A DNA stretch of 64,000 nt from Candidatus Allochristensenella caecavium. GTDB taxonomy: Bacteria > Bacillota > Clostridia > Christensenellales > QAND01. Positions 56,399 through 64,000 of the stretch are shown here, piece after piece. Numbering within the stretch: the stretch's first letter is position 1; each line of letters begins with the position of its first letter. The DNA is taken from contig CAJFOS010000013.1 of the NCBI GenBank assembly GCA_904397865.1, positions 1-64,000 of the forward strand, written 5' to 3'. The position numbers and the translations under genes were made by a program. Below the pieces are notes generated by a model. The model was not told where the DNA came from. It saw nothing but the letters and a program-made list of their open reading frames with translations, and did not search any database.

Positions 56399-57475
56399 AT
56401 GCAAAAAAAACGTCGGCGTATGGCGATGCGCATACGGCCGGCCCGCCCGATGCGCCGCTCGCTTGGCATGCGGCTCGGCGCTGGGCGAAAAACACGGATG
56501 CCATGGCTGTGGGATGCCCGTCGTTTGGCATGGATGCTGGGCGGTTGTGTGTTGCTGATGGGCTTGTTTGCGTATTTTCGCCTGCCTAAGGAAGACGATA
56601 CGCTGCCCCCTGTGGCGAGCAATGTGACGATTCGTGTGTATAATCACCGCGCGGATACAGTGGAAACCCTGCCGCTGGAAACCTACGTGCTGGGTGTGCT
56701 GGCTGGTGAGATGCCCGCTTCGTACGAGCTCGAAGCGCTTAAGGCGCAGGCGGTGGCCGCGCGTACGTATGCCTATGCTAAAATGATTGGCGGTGGCTGT
56801 GACCGCAAGGATACGGATATCTGTACGGACAGCAGTCACTGCCAGGCGTATTGCGACCAGCAGGCGCGCAAGGAAAAATGGGGCGGCCATTTTGAAACCA
56901 ATGAAGCCAAATTGATAAAGGCTGTCAACGAAACGGCGGGGCAGGTCATTTATTATGATGGCAAACCCATTGACGCGTTGTTCCATTCTACTTCCGGTGG
57001 ACGAACGGAAGATGTGGAAAATGTATACGCCAACGCACTGCCTTATTTGCGCGGTGTGGAGAGTGAAGGAGAGGAAGGCGCGCCGCGGTTTGAACGGACG
57101 ATGACGTTTTCCATCCAAGTTTTTAAGGAGAAATTGGAAAAAATCAATCCAAAAGTGAAATGGAACCGAAACATCGGCAAAAGCATCGGAAAGGCAAAAC
57201 GCTTTGATTCCGGACGGGTTGATACCATCGAACTGGGCGGGCAAACGTTTACCGGCAAACAGGTTCGCTCCGCTTTTGGACTCGATTCTACAAATTTTAC
57301 CATCGAGGCGCAGAATCAAACAATTGCAATTACTACCCGTGGATATGGACACGGCGTCGGCATGAGCCAAGTAGGGGCAGACGCTATGGCCAAGGACGGA
57401 AGCGGTTATCGGGACATTTTGCTGCATTACTACACAGGTGTGGAAATCGCGGCTATACAAATTCCTTCTCCCTAA
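56399..57475 (+). CDS. spoIID: SpoIID/LytB-domain protein (lytic transglycosylase / amidase enhancer)
   Basis: AQAVAARTYAYAK...DTDICTDSSHCQAY...ALFHSTSGGRTEDVENVY SpoIID signature. N-terminal TM. Confidence 0.75.
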   Translation: MQKKRRRMAMRIRPARPMRRSLGMRLGAGRKTRMPWLWDARRLAWMLGGCVLLMGLFAYFRLPKEDDTLPPVASNVTIRVYNHRADTVETLPLETYVLGVLAGEMPASYELEALKAQAVAARTYAYAKMIGGGCDRKDTDICTDSSHCQAYCDQQARKEKWGGHFETNEAKLIKAVNETAGQVIYYDGKPIDALFHSTSGGRTEDVENVYANALPYLRGVESEGEEGAPRFERTMTFSIQVFKEKLEKINPKVKWNRNIGKSIGKAKRFDSGRVDTIELGGQTFTGKQVRSAFGLDSTNFTIEAQNQTIAITTRGYGHGVGMSQVGADAMAKDGSGYRDILLHYYTGVEIAAIQIPSP

Positions 57476-57530
57476 CGAGTATGAATCCCTCCTTGCGCGG
57501 CAACAATAGGCGCAAGGAGGTGTTTGATGT

Positions 57531-58280
57531 ATGGACAACCGAAATTTTCCGCGCCGCACGCGTAAACCCAGCGTGGGCCGCGGTGGTGTAGCAGAATTTA
57601 TCAATCGACAAGGCGTATATCTCGTGCTATTCGTGTGCCTGGCTGTCATTGGCGTCACAGCGTATTTCACCATGGGACAAAGCAATGATGTAGCGCAGGT
57701 GCCCTCGCCGTCTCCACAGGGACAGGCCGCGGCGAACCCGCAGGTTCCTACGCTGGATGAAGAGATTAAGCGCCTGCAGCAGGCGGCCAGCCCCACGCCG
57801 GCGGTAACCGCCACGCCGGCGCCGACGGCGACGCCCAGCCCTACGCCCGCAGCAACGGCCACGCCGGCGGCAAAGCAGACGGCCATTCTGCCGGTACAGG
57901 GCGAAGTACTCCGCGGTTTTTCTGCCAAGGACCCCGTGTTTTTTCCCACGCTGAACCAGTGGATGGTGCACAAGGCAACCGATATCCAGGCTGCGGAGGG
58001 AACCGAAGTGAAGGCGGCGCTGGATGGAACGGTGAAAAGCGTTGGCAACGATGCGGAGACAGGCTACACAGTCGTGTTGGAACATGACGGCGGCATTCAA
58101 ACCGTCTATGGGAATTTGCAGGCTCCCGAGAACATAAAGAAGGGACAAACCGTGCAACAGGGCGATGTGATTGGCAAAGTTGGCAAAAGTGCGGCCAATG
58201 TACAGGATGACCCAGCCCATCTGCATTTTGCATACCTGGTCAAAGGAACAGCCAAAGACCCGATGAAAGTATGTAAGTAA
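57531..58280 (+). CDS. M23-family peptidoglycan metalloendopeptidase with N-terminal TM and Pro/Thr/Ala linker
   Basis: HKATDIQA (HxxxD), catalytic HLHFAY, N-terminal anchor, PTPAATATPA linker. RBS AGGAGG. Confidence 0.75.
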   Translation: MDNRNFPRRTRKPSVGRGGVAEFINRQGVYLVLFVCLAVIGVTAYFTMGQSNDVAQVPSPSPQGQAAANPQVPTLDEEIKRLQQAASPTPAVTATPAPTATPSPTPAATATPAAKQTAILPVQGEVLRGFSAKDPVFFPTLNQWMVHKATDIQAAEGTEVKAALDGTVKSVGNDAETGYTVVLEHDGGIQTVYGNLQAPENIKKGQTVQQGDVIGKVGKSAANVQDDPAHLHFAYLVKGTAKDPMKVCK

Positions 58281-58283
58281 AAC

Positions 58284-58317
58284 AAAAAAAGAGATGCTTC
58301 AAGCATCTCTTTTTTTG
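58284..58317. terminator. Bidirectional terminator
   Basis: aaaaaaagagatgcttcaagcatctctttttttg. Confidence 0.7.
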
Positions 58318-58327
58318 TTTCATACGG

Positions 58328-59524
58328 CTACAGATGAAGTTCCCGCGCCCGGTCGGGCGTATAAGCATAGAGCAGTTTGACATATTCAGTATAAACCCGG
58401 TCTACGATGGATTCCCAGCTTGGCGCGAGCGTCTGCTGAGCCCGCCGGCCGATGGCCGCTGCCCGCAGCGGGTCCTCCAGCACCGCCTGCATCTGCGCGC
58501 ATAGACTATCCAGATTGTTTTCGCATAAAAGGCCGTTTTCACCATCCACCATCCCCTGGGCTGCATTGCAGCCGCGCACAGTGATGGTGGGACAGCCCAT
58601 GGCGCTGGCCTCCTTGACCACGCAGGGCGCGTTATCATACACGGAGGGGAAGACGAAGGCATTGGCGCGCAGATACAGAGCGCTCAACAGTTCACGGTCT
58701 TGCACGACGCCGGCAAACTGGATGACGTCATGCAAGCCTTGTTCCTCAGTCCAAGCCTGCAGTTCATGCCGGGCAATTCCATCACCGACCATCAGAAGGC
58801 GAAACCCCGGGTGGTGCTGATGAAGTTTCTGTGCCGCCTGAGCGATAAGACGAATGTTCTTTTGCCAGATATGCTGGCCGACGAACATAAAAAGGGGTTG
58901 TTCGTCCGTGACGCCGGCGAAAGTGTTGGCTTGCTGACGAGCTGCCTGGGGGTCAGCGGGCATGTGGAAATCCGTGCCGTTGGGTACCACGGTGATTTCG
59001 CCCTTATATCCATAAGAGCGAAGCGTTTCCACGGTTGAATCGCTGACCGTCCAGACGCTATTCACTTTGTTAAAGAAATGAATCACGATATCCACGCCGG
59101 TTTTGGCAAGCGTTTTGCTTTTGGTATATTCGAAAAAATCATCGTAGAACTTGGAATGAAAAGTGGCTACGATGGGAATATTTCGCTTGCGTGCGATGCG
59201 CAACGCCTCACTGCCGGAAGAAAAGGGCGAGTGGGTATGGACAAGGTCAAAGGGGATGTTATTGACCGTGCGGCGGTAGCCCCGGTCTATCTTGGGCACG
59301 CCGACCCGATAGGGCGGCCGCTTGGGCAGGGCAAAGGAGCGATAGCCCACCACGTCAAACGCTTCATGAAAAGACTGGTCGGTCTTGGTAGGTGCAAAGA
59401 GCATACATTTGGCATACTTCTGATTGAGCCAATACGTATAATTACGCGCGACGGTAACGACCCCGTCGGTCACGGGCAGATAACCGTCGTTGAATTGTCC
59501 AATAGTAAGTGGCATAGCGTCCAC
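58328..59524 (-). CDS. Family-4 glycosyltransferase (GT4)
   Basis: GT-B fold. C-terminal E-x7-E-like region FVFPSVYDNAPCVVKEASAMGCP. N-terminal PLTIGQFNDGYLPVTDGV. Confidence 0.75.
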   Translation of the reverse strand: MDAMPLTIGQFNDGYLPVTDGVVTVARNYTYWLNQKYAKCMLFAPTKTDQSFHEAFDVVGYRSFALPKRPPYRVGVPKIDRGYRRTVNNIPFDLVHTHSPFSSGSEALRIARKRNIPIVATFHSKFYDDFFEYTKSKTLAKTGVDIVIHFFNKVNSVWTVSDSTVETLRSYGYKGEITVVPNGTDFHMPADPQAARQQANTFAGVTDEQPLFMFVGQHIWQKNIRLIAQAAQKLHQHHPGFRLLMVGDGIARHELQAWTEEQGLHDVIQFAGVVQDRELLSALYLRANAFVFPSVYDNAPCVVKEASAMGCPTITVRGCNAAQGMVDGENGLLCENNLDSLCAQMQAVLEDPLRAAAIGRRAQQTLAPSWESIVDRVYTEYVKLLYAYTPDRARELHL

Positions 59525-59585
59525 TTCCTTTCCAAGCGGTGTGCATGTTTTTTTATATCGTGATTCTTACGAATGCAGTGCGAAG

Positions 59586-60287
59586 TCAACCCTCGCTGTG
59601 CAGGAGCGCCTGAGCAAAAAGCAGGTCCTCTGGCGTGGTGACTTTGATATTGCGCTTTTCCCCGGGACACAGCGCAACAGGATGGCCCATGGCATGTACG
59701 AGCGTGCAATCATCGGTGATGGGCTGTGAGATGCGTCCGTCCAGGCGTGCCTGGTGCGCCTGCCAAATCCATGCAAAACGAAAGGTCTGCGGCGTCTGCA
59801 TCTGAAAAAGGGTTTGCCGGTCCGGCGTATGGTGCATGAAGCGCCCATCTGGACTGTGTAAGATGGTATCCTGTGCAGCGATGACGGTATTGACCGCACC
59901 GTATTGGCGCCCCAGCGTGATATTGGTTTCAATGATGCGCTGTGAAACCAGCGGCCGGGCTGCGTCATGCAAAAGAACGAGGTCGTCCGGTGCACAGACG
60001 TCCCGCAGTGAGCAGAGCGCGGCAAAAGCGGAATCCGCCCGCGTTGCACCGGGCTTTGCCCAAAACCGCACTTTTGGAATGTGGGCCTGGGCAATCCACT
60101 GCCGGGCCGCATCCTGCCATGCGTCGGCTATGACAAGGCCGATGGCATCGATGGAAGGGCACCGGGCAAAGGCGCGCAGGGAATGCAGCAGCAACGGCTG
60201 GCCATCGAGGGAAAGGAACTGCTTGGGCGTGGGAGAAGAACCCATACGCGTGCCGGTCCCGCCGGCCAGAACATATGCAATTGGCAC
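59586..60287 (-). CDS. ispD: 2-C-methyl-D-erythritol 4-phosphate cytidylyltransferase
   Basis: IAYVLAGGTGTRMG...PKQFL nucleotide-binding motif. GTG start at 60287 follows AAGGGGGGTG. The track ORF start 60329 lacks an RBS. Confidence 0.85.
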   Translation of the reverse strand: MPIAYVLAGGTGTRMGSSPTPKQFLSLDGQPLLLHSLRAFARCPSIDAIGLVIADAWQDAARQWIAQAHIPKVRFWAKPGATRADSAFAALCSLRDVCAPDDLVLLHDAARPLVSQRIIETNITLGRQYGAVNTVIAAQDTILHSPDGRFMHHTPDRQTLFQMQTPQTFRFAWIWQAHQARLDGRISQPITDDCTLVHAMGHPVALCPGEKRNIKVTTPEDLLFAQALLHSEG

Positions 60288-60457
60288 GCGTTCACCCCCC
60301 TTGTGACGAAAGGAAAATCGAAACAACACTTTGTTTGCGTTTTAGTATACCAATTTAGCGAGCGATTTACCAGCCTTGGGCAGATGTGCTATAATCATGC
60401 AGGTCATCGGAGCGGATTTTATCCGCTCTTATGAATAAGGAGTCAGGAGGTACAACG

Positions 60458-61453
60458 ATGAAAAAGCGAATGGCATGCATGCTTGCCCTGTTGGTGGTTG
60501 GTATGGTGGCAATTGGCTGCGGCGGCGATAAACAGGAACCACAAGCGTCGGTCAGCCCGTCGCCGGCCCAGGGCGATGTGGCGCGCGACCCGCTGAACGG
60601 GTCAACGGAGGTGCACGAATATAAACCCATCATTTCGACGATTGATAACGCGGAGCAAGCGCGCCCACAGGAAGGGATTCAGGCGGCCGATATCGTATAT
60701 GAAATGCAGGTTGAGGGCGGAATGACGCGCTTGATGATTGTGTTGAACAGCGAAATACCCGAACAGATTGGGCCGGTGCGCAGCCTGCGGCAGTATTATG
60801 CGCAGGTTGCCCAGGAGTACGACGCAGTGGTCTCGCATGTCGGAGGACCGCATAACGGTGACGTGCTGGATATATACAAATATCTGGAGAAAAACCCAAT
60901 CAAGGTGCGCGTCGACGGGCTGTATGACAGTAAGCGGATTTATCGGGTGAGCGAGCGTAAAAAACCGCATAATGCGATGCTGGACACCAAGGCGGCGTTG
61001 GAAAAATACGATTATACACCGACGGTACGCAGCTTCCCGTTTGACCCGGCCTACGTGCCCACGGATGGCGATGCGACCCAGGTGACGATTGAGTTTGCCG
61101 CCAACGGGTTTGATGTAACGTACACATATGATGCGGCCACGGGCCTGTATACCCGCAGCCAGGGGGGCAAGGAGCATAAGGATGCGTTGACCAATAAAGC
61201 GGTGACGGTGAAAAACATCATCGTGCAAAAGGTAAAATATACGAATTACCCGGGTGGCCAGTTGGCAGATGTGATAGGCAGCGGAGAGGCGACGGTGATT
61301 AGCAACGGGAAAAAGACGGTAGGCACGTGGAGCAAAAAGAGCGCGACGGAGCCCACGGTATTCAAAGATGCCAATGGAAATGAGATTCCGTTGCAACCGG
61401 GCAATACCTGGATTCATATTCAACCGGATAATTTATCCTTGACCTGTGAATAA
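60458..61453 (+). CDS. DUF3048-domain lipoprotein (YerB-like)
   Basis: Lipobox AIGCGG. IISTIDNAEQARPQEGIQAADIVYEMQVEGGMTRLMIV typical DUF3048 N-domain. RBS GGAGTCAGGAGG. Confidence 0.6.
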   Translation: MKKRMACMLALLVVGMVAIGCGGDKQEPQASVSPSPAQGDVARDPLNGSTEVHEYKPIISTIDNAEQARPQEGIQAADIVYEMQVEGGMTRLMIVLNSEIPEQIGPVRSLRQYYAQVAQEYDAVVSHVGGPHNGDVLDIYKYLEKNPIKVRVDGLYDSKRIYRVSERKKPHNAMLDTKAALEKYDYTPTVRSFPFDPAYVPTDGDATQVTIEFAANGFDVTYTYDAATGLYTRSQGGKEHKDALTNKAVTVKNIIVQKVKYTNYPGGQLADVIGSGEATVISNGKKTVGTWSKKSATEPTVFKDANGNEIPLQPGNTWIHIQPDNLSLTCE

Positions 61454-61475
61454 AAAGAACAGGGCATAGGGAGTG

Positions 61476-61512
61476 AAAAAGGGCGCCGTGTATCGCACGG
61501 CGCCCTTTTTAT
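61476..61512 (+). terminator. Rho-independent terminator
   Basis: aaaaagggcgccgtgtatcgcacggcgcccttttt. Confidence 0.7.
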
Positions 61513-61710
61513 GAAAAAATGGAAGAGAACACGCCTTTTTTCGTCAAAGATTGGGGAATTTGCGCAAACAGAGGTTGACGCGGGCGATGGGCTCGCGTAT
61601 ACTCGATTTATTCCCACATATATATTGTTATCTGCGTTTTTTGGAAAAGACCTGCGATTTTCGCAGTGTCCCTTTGTTTTGTGTGTTTGCATATTGAGAG
61701 GAGTCATTTC

Positions 61711-63462
61711 ATGGACCGACAGACCTATATGAAAAAAGGCCTTTTGGAGCTGCGCAACATTGCGGCGTATTTAGAGATTCCAGACTGGGCGGATTTACGC
61801 AAGGCGGAATTGGTGGATGCGATTTTAGCGCACCCGCACCCCGTGGACAGCGTGCCGGAGGAAGCGGAACCGGTGGTGGAGAAAAAGCGCCGCGGGCGGC
61901 CGCCCAAACAAACCGATGCTGAAGCGAAAACGCCGGCCAAGCGCGGACGTCCTGCCAAGAAAAAGGAAGCGGACAGCCTGCCGGTTCCGGTGGGAGAAGA
62001 ACAGACGGCTGAACCGGAGACGGAAGCGGCGCCCGCTCCGGCCAAAAAGAGGGGACGGCCCCGCAAAGCGGCAGCCGAAACCGTGCCGGATGAGGTGCCC
62101 CAACAGGAGGAACAGGCGAAAGAAAATCCGGCAGAAAACACAACGGCCAGCCCAGCGGATGTACCACAGCTGTCTGTGGAAGAGCATAATGACCATGTAC
62201 CAAAATGGTCACGTCCCTGGAACCGGGGGCGCGGACAGGCGGAACCGTCTTCCAATGCGCCGAAGGAAGCGGTGGCGGAGTTGTTGCAGAGCGGAGAGTG
62301 CGGGGTGTGTGAAGGCACATTGGAAGTGCTGCCGGACGGATATGGATTTTTACGCAATTCGCAGATTCCGGGGCAGCGGGATATCTATGTATCCAACGCA
62401 CAAATTCGCCGGTTCAACCTGCGCACAGGCGACTGCATCCGTGGGAAGACAAGGCCCAACAGCGACGAGGACAGGCGGCTGGCGTTGTTGTATATTGATT
62501 CAATCAACGATATGGACCCGCATCAGGCAGCCCTGCGCACCCCATTTGACGAACTGACGCCGATTTATCCCAATGAACGGCTGACATTGGAAACACCGGG
62601 TACGCCGAGCGAGCTTTCCCTGCGGCTGATTGACCTGATTGCGCCGATTGGCAAAGGGCAGCGTGGAATGATTGTCGCCCCGCCCAAATCCGGCAAAACG
62701 GTGTTGCTGAAAAAGATTGCCAACGCGATTTCCGCCAACCATCCGGAGGTACAGCTGATTGTGCTGCTGATTGATGAACGGCCGGAAGAGATGACGGATA
62801 TGCAGCGTTCCATTCAGGGGGAGGTGGTGTATTCCACCTTTGATGAACAGCCCGAACACCACACGCGGGTGGCGGAAATGGTGCTGGAACGGGCCCAGCG
62901 CATGGTGGAGCACGGCAAGGATGTCGTGATTTTATTGGACAGCATCACACGGTTGGCGCGGGCCTACAACTTGACGATTTCACCAACGGGACGGTCGCTT
63001 TCCGGTGGGCTGGACCCTGGCGCCCTGTACAAACCCAAACGCTTTTTTGGCAGCGCGCGCAATATTGAAGAGGGCGGAAGCTTAACGGTTATCGCCACGG
63101 CGCTGGTGGATACGGGTTCGCGGATGGATGATATCATCTTTGAAGAGTTCAAAGGTACGGGCAATATGGAATTGCACCTGGACCGGAAGATGAGCGAAAA
63201 ACGCATTTTTCCCGCGATAGATATTTACAAAAGCGGCACGCGGCGCGATGATTTGTTGTTGGATGAGAAGGAGATACAGTGTGTCTGGGGGTTGCGCAAG
63301 GTGATGGCGCACACTTCACCGGCAGATGTGATGGAGACGTTGCTGAGCACCATGCGGCGCACGCCGAACAACGTCGCGTTTGTGCAGAACATGCAGGCAT
63401 ATCTGCGGATGATGGAAAAGGAAGGCTTCTCCTTCCCGCGTACGGATGACAAGCGTGGCTGA
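61711..63462 (+). CDS. rho: Transcription termination factor Rho with ~150-aa N-terminal insertion domain
   Basis: Rho_N helix bundle ([29 protein letters not shown]). K/R/P/A/E-rich insert. CSD RNA-binding ([13 protein letters not shown]). Walker [20 protein letters not shown] loops. C-terminal [26 protein letters not shown]. Confidence 0.9.
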   Translation: MDRQTYMKKGLLELRNIAAYLEIPDWADLRKAELVDAILAHPHPVDSVPEEAEPVVEKKRRGRPPKQTDAEAKTPAKRGRPAKKKEADSLPVPVGEEQTAEPETEAAPAPAKKRGRPRKAAAETVPDEVPQQEEQAKENPAENTTASPADVPQLSVEEHNDHVPKWSRPWNRGRGQAEPSSNAPKEAVAELLQSGECGVCEGTLEVLPDGYGFLRNSQIPGQRDIYVSNAQIRRFNLRTGDCIRGKTRPNSDEDRRLALLYIDSINDMDPHQAALRTPFDELTPIYPNERLTLETPGTPSELSLRLIDLIAPIGKGQRGMIVAPPKSGKTVLLKKIANAISANHPEVQLIVLLIDERPEEMTDMQRSIQGEVVYSTFDEQPEHHTRVAEMVLERAQRMVEHGKDVVILLDSITRLARAYNLTISPTGRSLSGGLDPGALYKPKRFFGSARNIEEGGSLTVIATALVDTGSRMDDIIFEEFKGTGNMELHLDRKMSEKRIFPAIDIYKSGTRRDDLLLDEKEIQCVWGLRKVMAHTSPADVMETLLSTMRRTPNNVAFVQNMQAYLRMMEKEGFSFPRTDDKRG

Positions 63463-63495
63463 ACATGATAGAATACGCCTGAGAAAGGCGGGTTT

Positions 63496-63801
63496 GTGCA
63501 TATGTTATATGCAGATTTGATTGCGATTGCAGTTCTTTCAACGATGGTGGACCGGATGTGCAAGGGCGCCGGCATCAAAAGCGGTCGGTATATTGGCGCG
63601 TTTGTGTGCATCTGGATTTCGGCAGAACTGATGGGATACGCAATTGGCACGTCGCTGCAGCTGACGGGCATATGGCTGGGGATTGTATCGCTGGCGGCAG
63701 GCGTTTTGGGCGGCATGATTGTATTTTTACAGACTAAAAAAGAGACGGACGCCTTGAAAAAGCAAAAAGAGGAACAACAAAGGCCGAAACTGGAAGATTG
63801 A
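63496..63801 (+). CDS. Small membrane protein of unknown function
   Basis: Three hydrophobic helices, KKQKEEQQRPKLED tail. Conserved position between rho and rpmE. Confidence 0.4.
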   Translation: MHMLYADLIAIAVLSTMVDRMCKGAGIKSGRYIGAFVCIWISAELMGYAIGTSLQLTGIWLGIVSLAAGVLGGMIVFLQTKKETDALKKQKEEQQRPKLED

Positions 63802-63868
63802 TGCTTGCAATTTCCAATAAGCACTGTTATAATAACGGTTGCTATTGATAAGGAAGAAGGTGGAACAA

Positions 63869-64000
63869 TTGAAGGAGAATATTCACCCGCAATATGGCGA
63901 ATGCACCGTACGCTGCGCTTGCGGAGAGACATTCACCACGGGTTCTGTGAAAAAAGAACTGAAGGTTGAAATCTGCTCCAAGTGCCACCCGTTTTATACC
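63869..64000 (+). CDS. rpmE: 50S ribosomal protein L31 (5' partial, runs off the window)
   Basis: TTG start after [37 protein letters not shown] with the IHP.Y and C-x-C Zn motifs. Confidence 0.8.
   Translation, partial: MKENIHPQYGECTVRCACGETFTTGSVKKELKVEICSKCHPFYT

Noticed and set aside
60602-61423. 273-aa minus-strand ORF antisense to the DUF3048 gene
   Set aside because: The plus-strand gene has a lipoprotein signal and a strong RBS. The antisense has none.
61709-62401. Pro/Ala-rich 230-aa and 210-aa minus-strand ORFs opposite the rho insertion
   Set aside because: Mirror image of the low-complexity K/R/P/A-coding region. rho is unambiguous.
1-64000. CRISPR arrays, transposases, integrases, toxin-antitoxin or restriction-modification genes
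   Set aside because: Scanned for regularly spaced direct repeats and for DDE/tyrosine-recombinase/MTase motifs. None found. The only tandem repeats are intragenic protein-coding ones (tip-adhesin H/C units, GKGP/TVADL tail, coiled-coil ELEFVK).

Overview
This 64-kb window looks like chromosomal DNA from a moderately high-GC, Gram-positive anaerobe. The gene content fits Clostridia, and an Oscillospiraceae/Faecalibacterium-like origin is my inference only, without database support. Coding density is high on both strands. Roughly 80% of the window is conserved housekeeping. This includes tkt, ilvE, tyrS, ileS preceded by a T-box leader, tldD/pmbA, rarA, serC-serA, selD, modE-like plus modABC, fetAB, ispD, rho and the start of rpmE. 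There is also an NfeD-flotillin pair, a SpoIID plus M23 peptidase pair, an ECF sigma/anti-sigma pair and one tRNA-Arg(CCU).

The first ~13 kb (227..12980) is the accessory part and the best candidate for an undescribed system. It holds a LytS-type histidine kinase with a winged-helix response regulator, an orphan pseudo-receiver/coiled-coil protein, a SipW-type signal peptidase and a complete sortase-dependent pilus operon (tip adhesin, major pilin, class C sortase, basal pilin, second sortase). The 1521-aa tip protein carries about nine tandem copies of a ~21-aa H-x-H-T-x-x-C-Y-x5-L-V-C-G unit that I do not recognise as any described domain. A metal-binding module at the pilus tip is my guess.

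Other items worth a second look:
- an 800-aa type I membrane protein with DUF11-like ectodomains and a 311-aa arginine-rich cytoplasmic tail containing GKGP and RRR-TVADL repeats;
- an IscU/NifU-like gene paired with a GGGtGRT-family gene;
- a Cys-type selD sitting next to a truncated modE plus modABC with a perfect 26-bp palindromic operator (a possible selenium-molybdenum link);
- a Rho factor with an N-terminal insertion carrying three RGRP AT-hook-like motifs.

No CRISPR array, transposase or integrase was seen.
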